The notes under the pieces were generated by a model. The model saw nothing but the letters and a program-made list of their open reading frames with translations, did no database searches and had not been told where the DNA came from. From positions 300,001-332,000 of the forward strand of contig JAUWGH010000001.1 in NCBI GenBank assembly GCA_030606485.1: a stretch of DNA of 32,000 bases. The letters run 5' to 3'. The stretch comes from Promethearchaeota archaeon (lineage in GTDB: Archaea; Asgardarchaeota; Lokiarchaeia; Sigyniarchaeales; SOKP01). Below, in pieces: positions 1 to 8,455 of this stretch; position 1 is the stretch's first letter, and every line of letters starts with the position of its first letter. The position numbers and the translations under genes were made by a program.

Positions 1-200
1 AAATTGAGCCAGTTACCGAAGAAGAAATTCCATTACTATTAATGAAAGGATTTGAAGAAGAAGACTTGGACTTTTTGCACCATCTAGAAAAACATTTTGA
101 TGGGAACTGCTCTCTGCATTACTTATCTTCTCTAACTGAACAAAGTCCCCAGAAAATAAAGCAACTACTCAATCTATTAGAAAAAAAGATTAAACATTAA
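1..200 (+). CDS. 3' end of a gene truncated by the window edge; hypothetical protein
   Basis: Open frame from position 3 (IEPVTEEEIPLLLMKGFEEEDLDFLHHLEKHFDGNCSLHYLSSLTEQSPQKIKQLLNLLEKKIKH) to TAA at 198-200. Short helical pattern, possibly HTH-like; function cannot be assigned. Confidence 0.6.
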   Translation, partial: IEPVTEEEIPLLLMKGFEEEDLDFLHHLEKHFDGNCSLHYLSSLTEQSPQKIKQLLNLLEKKIKH

Positions 201-250
201 TTACTATTACAAAAATCAATAATCATTTCTATTAATTGACGATTAATTTC

Positions 251-512
251 TTTTTTTAACAAAAAATGGTTTTAATGAAAAAAAATTTAGAAAAATTATA
301 AATTTTAAAAGATAAATTTGATGTTAATTGCTATTTGAAATGTTTTTTTTCCATAATTGAAAATAATTCTCAGAGACTAAAGTAATTCCTCTATATTTCT
401 GAGAAAAACATTATATATTAATTACAATTACAAAAAATGAATATAAATTTTATAAAATTCAATTCTAACAATATAAAAAATTAAAGAGATAATTAAAAGA
501 GTGATAATAAAA
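251..512 (+). repeat. Duplicated upstream/promoter region, copy 1 (paralog at 1968-2228)
   Basis: Non-coding region aligns colinearly with 1968-2228 at a constant offset of ~1716-1717 nt, e.g. ataaattttaaaagataaatttgat and ataattgaaaataattctcagaga occur in both. Confidence 0.9.
401..418 (+). promoter_or_regulatory. Archaeal BRE/TATA promoter of ACAD paralog 1
   Basis: Purine-rich gagaaaaaca followed by ttatatat (411-418), ~95 nt before ATG 513. The same motif sits at the same distance before paralog 2. Confidence 0.6.
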
Positions 513-1796
513 ATGGTAAGATATCAAGACAAGGCAATAAACGATGAAATACTAGAAAAATTATCATTAAAAAATCGATATGCTTTTTTAAATAACAATC
601 TAACGGCAATTTTAAAACCAGAACAATTTAATTGGTTAAGAACCGTTCAAAAATTTTGCATGAGATTTGAAAAAAAAAATAACATCCAACATTCCCTAGA
701 TGAGGATTTTTATGAATGGATACCTGAATTCGGTAAAGCAGGATTTGTAACTCGCGCTTATAAATTTGAAGAAATTGATCTTAATTATGAGTATTATGGA
801 TTAACTGCTGATATGTTAAGAGCAATAGCCATCGATATGTTTGATACTCAATTCGATATGGCTTTAGGAGCTACAATATTAGCAATAAATCCAATCAAAG
901 CTCATCACGAAGGAAGGCCAGAATGTTTGAAAGCGCTCAAAGAACTAGTCACAGGTGAATCTCCAGGCGCAATATTGATAACAGAACCCGAAAGAGGTTC
1001 TGATGCTGTGCATATGTTAACTGAATGCACGCAGAATGAAGATGGCAGTTTTACTCTTAATGGTGAAAAAATCTACAATAGTAACGCTCCAAAATCAAAG
1101 TGGGTCGTTGGCTACGCATGCGCAGAAAAAGATAATGGAAGGACAATGGCACAGTTCTTAATCAACACAAATTGGGAAGGATTTAATGTCAAACGAGTTT
1201 TTATTCCTTGGGTTCCTAAAATATGGCTTGGCCATGAGCACTTCGTAAATTTAAGAGTTCCTCCGGAATATGTCCTTGGAGGGATAGGTCAGGGTAGAGA
1301 TCATCTTTTTGATGGATTAACTCCTGAAAGGATAATGATTGCAATGGGTAATATCGGCCAAGCATGGGGCGCACTCTCAATTGCATTTCTCTTCATTAAC
1401 ATGAGAAAGCAATTTAAACAAGAAGTCTTAAAGTTTCAAGGAGTTGGTTTCACATTTGCCGATTATTGGGCAAGGTGCTCGAACTTGACCCTCGGGCTAT
1501 TGAAATTTTGTGAAGAATATGATGCAAAAATGGTGAAATTTGGCGGCGAAATACCAAGAAACATTTCACAAGCTATTGTTGCTTCTGCCAGTCACCTTAA
1601 ACTGGAAGCATCAAGGCTATCCGAACGCTGTTGTTATGAAATGGCGAATCTTATGGGTGGTGCAGGAGTGAACGATAATACAATGATGCAGGATCTCTTG
1701 GGACTTTCAAGAATACAGGAGATTGTCGGAGGAACCCGTCAGATACAACAATACATCATTTCTATGGCTACTCGTCAATTATATAAAATGATATAA
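513..1796 (+). CDS. Acyl-CoA dehydrogenase (ACAD), paralog 1
   Basis: Motifs ILITEPERGSD, LNGEKIYNSN, RKQFKQEVLKFQGV, MGGAGV, RIQEIVGGT. Start moved from GTG 501 to ATG 513 because MVRYQDKAIN aligns with MPMYQDQAIN of paralog 2 and the GTG lies in the SD-like gagtgat. Confidence 0.93.
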   Translation: MVRYQDKAINDEILEKLSLKNRYAFLNNNLTAILKPEQFNWLRTVQKFCMRFEKKNNIQHSLDEDFYEWIPEFGKAGFVTRAYKFEEIDLNYEYYGLTADMLRAIAIDMFDTQFDMALGATILAINPIKAHHEGRPECLKALKELVTGESPGAILITEPERGSDAVHMLTECTQNEDGSFTLNGEKIYNSNAPKSKWVVGYACAEKDNGRTMAQFLINTNWEGFNVKRVFIPWVPKIWLGHEHFVNLRVPPEYVLGGIGQGRDHLFDGLTPERIMIAMGNIGQAWGALSIAFLFINMRKQFKQEVLKFQGVGFTFADYWARCSNLTLGLLKFCEEYDAKMVKFGGEIPRNISQAIVASASHLKLEASRLSERCCYEMANLMGGAGVNDNTMMQDLLGLSRIQEIVGGTRQIQQYIISMATRQLYKMI

Positions 1797-1882
1797 AGGC
1801 CTGGAGACTCTCCTCTATATAAAGAATCTTTTAAATATTTTTAATATTTTTTAATATTTTTATTTTTTTTTAATATGTCTTG

Positions 1883-1918
1883 TCTATGGCAACACGTCAA
1901 TTATGGAAGAGGATATAA
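1883..1918 (+). pseudogene. Isolated 36-nt copy of an ACAD 3' end (SMATRQLWKRI*)
   Basis: tctatggcaacacgtcaattatggaagaggatataa matches 1761-1796 at 30/36 and 3477-3512 at 29/36 (hand count), including the stop codon. Confidence 0.8.
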
Positions 1919-1967
1919 AAATTACGTATCTCGTCAGTTATTAAACGATCAACTGACAATTAAAACC

Positions 1968-2228
1968 TTTTTCTAACAATAAATGGTCTTAATTAAAAAA
2001 AATTTAGAAAAACCATAAATTTTAAAAGATAAATTTGATCTTAATTGCCTTTTGTAATGCTTTTATTTCAATAATTGAAAATAATTCTCAGAGAATAAAG
2101 TAATTACTTATTGTATTTGAGAAAAAAATTATATATTAATCACTATTACAAAAAATATCAAAAAATTTGATTTTTTATTTCTACTAATACATAATTTAAA
2201 AACTAAATTAAAAGAGTGATATAAGAAT
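1968..2228 (+). repeat. Duplicated upstream/promoter region, copy 2
   Basis: Colinear with 251-512; retains BRE/TATA (2121-2136) and SD-like aagagtgat. Confidence 0.9.
2121..2136 (+). promoter_or_regulatory. Archaeal BRE/TATA promoter of ACAD paralog 2
   Basis: gaaaaaaa + ttatatat, ~93 nt before ATG 2229; conserved with 401-418. Confidence 0.6.
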
Positions 2229-3512
2229 ATGCCAATGTATCAAGACCAAGCAATAAATGATGAAATAATAGAAAAAATGAGCCTAAAAAATCGGTACACC
2301 TTTTTTAACAATAATTTAATGGCAATCTTAAGCCCCGAACAATTTAATTTCTTAAGAAAAGTACAAAGATTCTGTATGAGATACGAGAAAAAAAATAACA
2401 TCCAACACAGTATGGATGAGGATATTTACCAATGGATTCCCGATTTTGGTGCAGAAGGATATGTAACACGTTCATATAAAATGGATGAACTTGATATTAA
2501 TTATGAAGAACATGGTGCTGCTGCTGAAACGATGAGAATTCTTGCAGTTGATCAGTTTGATACCCAGTTTTGTATGGCTATGGGCGCCACAATATTAGCA
2601 ATAAATGCAATCAAAGCTCATCATGAAGGTATCCAAGAACGTTTAGATGCCCTAAGAGATCTAATGACCGGTAAAGAATGCGGAGCAATTTTAATAACAG
2701 AACCCGAAAGAGGTTCGGATGCTGTACATCAATTGACAGTCACCGAACCCCAAGAAGATGGCAGCTTAATTATTAATGGTGAGAAAATTTATAACACCAA
2801 CTCCCCCAAAGCTAAATGGGTTGTTGGATATGGTACTGCAGTAGCAAATGAAGGCAATCAAATGACCCAATACTTAATTAATACAAGTTGGGACGGATGG
2901 AGGAGCGAAAGAGTATTCATTCCGTGGACTCCAAAAATTTGGATTGGCCATAATCACCTAACTAATATAAGAGTCCCCCCAGAATATGTTTTAGGGGGCG
3001 TTGGAAAAGGGAGGGATCACCTATTTGAAGGATTAATACTAGAAAGAATTGGGATCGCAGTAGGAAATGTTGCTCAAGCATGGACCGCCCTTTCACACGC
3101 ATTTATTTATATCAACATGAGAAAGCAATTTGGCCAAGAAGTCTTAAAATTCCAAGGAGTTGGTTTCACCTTTGCCGATTATTGGGCAAGAACAACAAAT
3201 TTAACTATAGGATTATTAAAATTCTGCGAAGAATATGATAAAAAAATGGAAAAATTTGGGGGTGAGATTCCAAGAAATATCTCCCAAGCAATGGTTGCTT
3301 CCTCTAGCCATTTTAAATTGGAAGCATCTCGATTATCCGAACGTTGTTGTTATGAAATGGCGAATCTTATGGGAGGTGCTGGTGTCTGTGATAATACATT
3401 AATGTGGGATCTCGTAGGAATCTCAAGAATACAGGAGATAGTTGGCGGGACAAGACAGATACAACAATACATCATTTCTATGGCGAATCGTCAATTATGG
3501 AAAATGTTATAG
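2229..3512 (+). CDS. Acyl-CoA dehydrogenase (ACAD), paralog 2
   Basis: Same ACAD motifs (ILITEPERGSD, RKQFGQEVLKFQGV, RIQEIVGGT); 61/81 identical to paralog 1 over the first 81 residues (hand count). Confidence 0.93.
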   Translation: MPMYQDQAINDEIIEKMSLKNRYTFFNNNLMAILSPEQFNFLRKVQRFCMRYEKKNNIQHSMDEDIYQWIPDFGAEGYVTRSYKMDELDINYEEHGAAAETMRILAVDQFDTQFCMAMGATILAINAIKAHHEGIQERLDALRDLMTGKECGAILITEPERGSDAVHQLTVTEPQEDGSLIINGEKIYNTNSPKAKWVVGYGTAVANEGNQMTQYLINTSWDGWRSERVFIPWTPKIWIGHNHLTNIRVPPEYVLGGVGKGRDHLFEGLILERIGIAVGNVAQAWTALSHAFIYINMRKQFGQEVLKFQGVGFTFADYWARTTNLTIGLLKFCEEYDKKMEKFGGEIPRNISQAMVASSSHFKLEASRLSERCCYEMANLMGGAGVCDNTLMWDLVGISRIQEIVGGTRQIQQYIISMANRQLWKML

Positions 3513-3572
3513 ATAATAAAATTATATCCTTATTATAAAATTATTTTCATTTTCTTTTTTTTCCTTATTCTT

Positions 3573-4361
3573 TTAATTCAGTGAATTAAAAATTAAAATT
3601 ATCGCCAATACTATACAAATTAATATGATAATTAGCCCTAAAAAGTTGTATTTACGTTTAAATCCCCGGTTTTGAGATAATTCACTTGGGTTATTGGTAT
3701 TATCATATTGAGTCATTACTGTTTCTGTTTGTGTGGTCTCTATCATTTGAGTGGTTGCCTGTTTTTTAATTATCTTATCTAATGAATTCCATGCTTTATC
3801 AATTGATTCTTTTACTTCTTGAGAAATTTCCTCATCAGGTATTTCAAATATTTGGGTTGTAGTATCTAATCCTACAGTCAGTTTGTATTGTTCGGTAAAT
3901 TCTTTATCAACTAATGCACTTAGAATGGTAGTTTTGCCAACGGCTGCTGGTCCTGCAAGAACGACTTTAAAATTATAATTTTCTTTATCAATAATTTGCC
4001 CCAATTTAGGGGGAGAGCGTATATCCATTAAGGCTAATAAAGCCATCTTGTCAAATAACTTTTTAATATTTAAACCTGATAACGCTGAAGTTTCTATATA
4101 TTCCAGTAAGCTATACCTATGAACAACATCAAGGATTTTTTTTTTCCCCATTAAGATGCCAAGATCTTTCTCGAGATCCTTTTTATTTCCCACGAGAATA
4201 ATTGGGATATTTCCAGCTTTTACTCGTATCTCATTATAATATTTTTCAAGTCTATCGAAAGTATCCGGGCGGGCTAAATCAAATATTAGAGCGATTATCG
4301 AAGCGCCTTTAAAGAAATCACTCTTAAAAAATTCGAATCTTTCCTGTCCACCGATCTCCAA
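3573..4361 (-). CDS. Rab/Ras-like small GTPase, circularly permuted (G3-G4-G5-G1-G2), with C-terminal transmembrane anchor
   Basis: EIGGQERF (G3-like, aa 2-9), LVGNKKD (G4, 59-62), ETSAL (G5, 90-94), KVVLAGPAAVGKT (G1, 137-144), TVGLD (G2, T162), then a T/Q-rich linker and hydrophobic FLGLIIILICIVLAIILIF (240-258). Start uncertain: the frame is open up to 4391. Confidence 0.85.
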   Translation of the reverse strand: MEIGGQERFEFFKSDFFKGASIIALIFDLARPDTFDRLEKYYNEIRVKAGNIPIILVGNKKDLEKDLGILMGKKKILDVVHRYSLLEYIETSALSGLNIKKLFDKMALLALMDIRSPPKLGQIIDKENYNFKVVLAGPAAVGKTTILSALVDKEFTEQYKLTVGLDTTTQIFEIPDEEISQEVKESIDKAWNSLDKIIKKQATTQMIETTQTETVMTQYDNTNNPSELSQNRGFKRKYNFLGLIIILICIVLAIILIFNSLN

Positions 4362-4544
4362 AACGGAAAGAGTTATTCTTACGATAATCCCTCACTTATT
4401 ATTAATGATTGAAGTGTTCAATATATTAATAAGTTGGAGAAAAATAATTAATTTATCTTATTTACCAGAAAATAATTTCAATTTCCCCAATAAACTACTT
4501 GTTCTGTATAAGTTAATCGTAAAATGAAAATAAAAAAAGTAGGT

Positions 4545-7301
4545 TTAAATTTTTAAGACTTTCTTTTCCAAGGTTAATTCTAATGCTTCTTGCATAGCTT
4601 TTTCGTATATATCAATCTTAAATTTATTATGAAACGGGGATATTTTTGTCCCAAGTTTTGCCATTTTGTATAAAGCTTTTGGAAAGACTCCGATAGCTCC
4701 TTCCACAAGATTTGCTGCTCTCTCCAATTCATTAATTGTATTATCATCATAACCTCCGAAAAGTCCATCAAGGAAAGCATAGAAAAATATAAATCCAAAA
4801 ATTCCGATTATGAACAAGATAGCTGTGTTTATTATCAAATCACCTAGAGGAATCATCCAGATTAAATCTCCGACGATTGATAATACCAAAAAGTTTACAA
4901 TAGCTGCAAGGGCAGGAACTAAGAATGTTTTAAATGGATATACTTTATATGTTGTTATCTTGTAGCGAACAATAATCCACAGTAGGATCCCCTTCAAAAT
5001 TACTGCCGGTATATAAGCGAATAATACTGCCTCCATATTTTTCAGCCAAATGACTAAAATTATTATTAGTATAGCCCTCGACGTTTGTTCCATTATCCAA
5101 ACAAAAGCAGCTAAGCCTGTTTTTCCGGTTCCTTCAAGGATTGCATCACCTAGCCAACAAAATACTCCAAATGTATGAAAAATCAGTAAAGGATACAGAA
5201 ATTTTACTGCTGGCCCCCCATATTCAATTCCTGCTGCACCCACAATAAATTTTGCACCAATTGCAAAAAGAACCGAGACTATAAAAAACGCGAAATAATT
5301 GGCCCACCTAAAGCCCTGATAGATATATAGTCTTGTTAAGGTTGGCTTTCCATGTTCATATGATTCACTATATGCTCCTAATAATGATTGGGCATATAAT
5401 GCAACAATTTGTACAATCATGCCAATCCCCCAACATAAATTAAAATATCCTAGCTCGTTTGAATAATTCGCAATAAACATACTCGTGACTATTATCTGTA
5501 TAAACCAGCCAATTTGTACAAAAGATTCTCCAAATGCTAATTTTGATCCATATTTTATAGATTCGTTAAATTCATCTTTTGTAAAATCAATTCGAAAAAC
5601 AGTTTTAACAGAAAATCCCTGTTTTTTGAATAATATCATGGAGAATAAAAATGTAACCCAATAATCGAAATATCTTGCAATAGCATATCCAATTCCTGCT
5701 CCCAATGCTTCTCCAATAATCGGATTTGCAGCGCCCCACATTCGACCCAAATAACAAAAGATCATTTGTCCTACCAAAAGCCAAATCACTTCCCATGCAA
5801 CATAGGTTATAAGATGTAAGTCTGCTTTTTGCATTCCTTGGAAGGTGTACATAAATACTAAGAAGAAACCGGGATATTGAACCAAAGAAAAAGTTACAAA
5901 AATCCAACTCATGTGTGCTATATTTGTCATTGGAAATATTATTGACCCAATAAACGCGAATATACATACCTGAATTAAACCAGTTAGTAGTTGCCACCAA
6001 ACAAAGATTTGTATGTAATGTACTGCCTTCTCAGGATTTTTTACTCTATATTGAGCAAAGTATTTGGCTAATGCGAATGACGTACCAAGGTCAAACACCA
6101 GCCAAGCAATTTGGAATATATTATAAGCGTAATAATACCAACCAGCAGCTTGAGGATAAGGTTGGATAATTTGGGGCATTACAAAACTGGAAATTAATAA
6201 TTGAGGGATAACCAAGATTAAGCTGATAAAAAGAGTAAAAAGAAAGCCACCCAATTGCCTATGAATTCCAATTACTTCCCAATCATCTTTTAAGTCAATT
6301 TTTGCCTCGATTTTCCCTTTAAGTTCTTCTTCTTCTTCTCTCCTTTTTCTCTCCTCTTCTTCTGCTTGTAATCTCAATGTTTCAATAGTTGCTTGATCCA
6401 TTTTGGATTCGGATTTTTTCCTCATCATTACGAATAATGAAACTGCCAAGATTGCCAAGCATATAACAACTATCAGTATAATTATCTGATCTCTGAGATG
6501 TGGAACTGGGGAAAATGCCCATTGACTGTATTTTTGATATTGTTCACCTATACTTTCAAACGCCATTGTGTATAGTAAATAATTAAAATAGGGCCATAGA
6601 ACAAAATGAATATTAGCACCTTCTTCCACCCATCCTGTAAATAAAAGTATATTTCCGTTTCCTTTTGCCATTTCTACTAATATAGGCTGGCGATACAGAT
6701 CAATTTCTAAATTTTTTGAAGCCGGATAAACATCAATCACTCTATCAATGGAATTGTTAAAATCTTGAGTTGGAATAACTGTCATATTCCCTATAATCAT
6801 ATCAGGAGCAGAATTCCAATCAATATTTTGGCTGATTGGATGTGAAATATCTCCTACGACGAATAAATTTGATTCACTATTTTTTTGAAAATTTGCATCG
6901 GTAATTATTATTTGAAAATCTTCTAAGAGTGTAGCATCATTATGTAAATTTTGCCCCATAAAGATTATACACGAACCGCCACTATCCACGAAATTTCCTA
7001 TAAGGGATATCTCTGAGGTGTCCAAAGAAGCATCAAATAGAACGATGATATCAACCGAAGGATCGATCGAGGTAATTGGAGTTAAATCTGAAACGATTGT
7101 AATATCAAAATTATCCTGGTCGACTTGTATGCTCTGTCGAAAATGAGAATCGGTTCCTTTACTAATTACCAAGAGATTTTTTTTATCTGCTCCTTGACCG
7201 CCTGAAGGAATAATTAAAAGAATAAAACTCATACCACTTATAAACAGCGCAATTAGGCCTATTACTAATAACTTTGATATTTTTTGATTAGATTTTACCA
7301 T
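4545..7301 (-). CDS. MOP-superfamily (polysaccharide/oligosaccharide flippase, MATE-like) transporter fused to an N-terminal extracytoplasmic domain
   Basis: N-terminal TM/signal, ~230-aa soluble alpha/beta domain (LLVIS..., DIIVLFD..., GGSCIIFMG), a TM helix, charged coil (EEEERKRREEEEE), then ~12-14 TM segments with MOP-like features (FDLGTSFALAKYFAQYR, ILEGTGK). Confidence 0.7.
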   Translation of the reverse strand: MVKSNQKISKLLVIGLIALFISGMSFILLIIPSGGQGADKKNLLVISKGTDSHFRQSIQVDQDNFDITIVSDLTPITSIDPSVDIIVLFDASLDTSEISLIGNFVDSGGSCIIFMGQNLHNDATLLEDFQIIITDANFQKNSESNLFVVGDISHPISQNIDWNSAPDMIIGNMTVIPTQDFNNSIDRVIDVYPASKNLEIDLYRQPILVEMAKGNGNILLFTGWVEEGANIHFVLWPYFNYLLYTMAFESIGEQYQKYSQWAFSPVPHLRDQIIILIVVICLAILAVSLFVMMRKKSESKMDQATIETLRLQAEEEERKRREEEEELKGKIEAKIDLKDDWEVIGIHRQLGGFLFTLFISLILVIPQLLISSFVMPQIIQPYPQAAGWYYYAYNIFQIAWLVFDLGTSFALAKYFAQYRVKNPEKAVHYIQIFVWWQLLTGLIQVCIFAFIGSIIFPMTNIAHMSWIFVTFSLVQYPGFFLVFMYTFQGMQKADLHLITYVAWEVIWLLVGQMIFCYLGRMWGAANPIIGEALGAGIGYAIARYFDYWVTFLFSMILFKKQGFSVKTVFRIDFTKDEFNESIKYGSKLAFGESFVQIGWFIQIIVTSMFIANYSNELGYFNLCWGIGMIVQIVALYAQSLLGAYSESYEHGKPTLTRLYIYQGFRWANYFAFFIVSVLFAIGAKFIVGAAGIEYGGPAVKFLYPLLIFHTFGVFCWLGDAILEGTGKTGLAAFVWIMEQTSRAILIIILVIWLKNMEAVLFAYIPAVILKGILLWIIVRYKITTYKVYPFKTFLVPALAAIVNFLVLSIVGDLIWMIPLGDLIINTAILFIIGIFGFIFFYAFLDGLFGGYDDNTINELERAANLVEGAIGVFPKALYKMAKLGTKISPFHNKFKIDIYEKAMQEALELTLEKKVLKI

Positions 7302-7431
7302 ATGAAATCAATTTAATAAAATTTTTATTGCTTTTAGATAGAATTAGGAAATATATAAATAGTATCTTTTTTAACAATTTATTAATTGTCCATAGTTCTC
7401 GTTTAAAGGTCTTAAATCCAAATTCGACCAT

Positions 7432-8298
7432 TTAGAATTTCAATTTAATCCAGAGCTCTTCTCCTGGTTGTTTAAAGAAGGGATAATAAGGTTTAAGACC
7501 TGTTATTAAACCCCAGATTATTGAACAAGTAATGAAAATAAGTGCTTCAATTAGTACCACCCAAACAAATGGATGATCGCGAATACAATTTTTTTTTTTT
7601 AATTTTGTAGCAACAATAAATAAGACTAGACCAATATTAATTAACAATAGGACAAAAGTTGCTTGACCTTCAGTGAATCCATAAAACCATACGATCCCAT
7701 ATCCAATTCCCACAAGTGTGATAAATAACCATTCAAACCATTTCAAATCTCTCGAAGGTGGACTGAATAATAATCCCCCCATAAACATACTCATTAATAT
7801 CATTAGTGGGACGGCTAAAGCCATATGCCCAAAAATTTCATCCCAAAAATAAATTGCATAATAGAGATCTGCGTAAAAAGGGTCTGAAAGAATTTTTGTA
7901 ATATCAAAGGCTCGTCTATTTAAATCATTGACGACTTTATGAATAGCATTTCCTAAGCACATCGTGCAAACTGTAACAAAAAATATAACTTCTAAGGCAG
8001 CTATCCATTTCGTGGACAATTTTTCTTTTAATAAGATTTGTTCATCAAGGAAAATGCTCTTAAAAACTTTCCATGTGATAACAGAAAAAACAGGCCCCAT
8101 CAAGAATATTTCTATTAAATCTTGCGCTGGAATGACAAATGATACTTCCTGATCAAGTTCTGAAATCCAATAACTAATTGTAATTGAAAAATAATCTCCG
8201 AGTAATGTAATCAAATAACACATTGCATATCCTATGAAAAACCATAAAAAAAGCTGAAACTCTTTTTTAGAATTTGCATTAATGTGATTAATTGACAT
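7432..8298 (-). CDS. Polytopic membrane protein of unknown function (~7-8 TM)
   Basis: 288-aa ORF with repeated hydrophobic segments and intramembrane polar motifs GNAIHKVVND and WDEIFGH. Confidence 0.75.
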   Translation of the reverse strand: MSINHINANSKKEFQLFLWFFIGYAMCYLITLLGDYFSITISYWISELDQEVSFVIPAQDLIEIFLMGPVFSVITWKVFKSIFLDEQILLKEKLSTKWIAALEVIFFVTVCTMCLGNAIHKVVNDLNRRAFDITKILSDPFYADLYYAIYFWDEIFGHMALAVPLMILMSMFMGGLLFSPPSRDLKWFEWLFITLVGIGYGIVWFYGFTEGQATFVLLLINIGLVLFIVATKLKKKNCIRDHPFVWVVLIEALIFITCSIIWGLITGLKPYYPFFKQPGEELWIKLKF

Positions 8299-8455
8299 TA
8301 TTTATTTCTCTTATTAATCTATTTTGAAATTATGTTCATTACAAATAGTTTTGAAATTTTGTTATTAGATTTTGATATATGAATCGATTTATTTTAATTA
8401 CATATCAACTGCTAAAATATAAAATTTAGATCATTTTTTTTAAATAATCGTTGAT

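Noticed and set aside
1830-1876. ttaatatttt tandem repeats after ACAD1
   Set aside because: Low-complexity T-rich tract consistent with an ordinary terminator region.
4392-4544. A lost N-terminal G1/G2 half of the GTPase upstream, or TGA readthrough
   Set aside because: No GxxxxGK motif was seen in the minus-strand frames I read. Readthrough gives only an AT-rich I/N/L stretch ending at a TAA. A VVYWGN fragment is immediately followed by a stop.
7432-8298. CREST/PAQR (ceramidase, hemolysin III) assignment
   Set aside because: An SxxxH-like motif is present, but the C-terminal HxxxH motif is absent.
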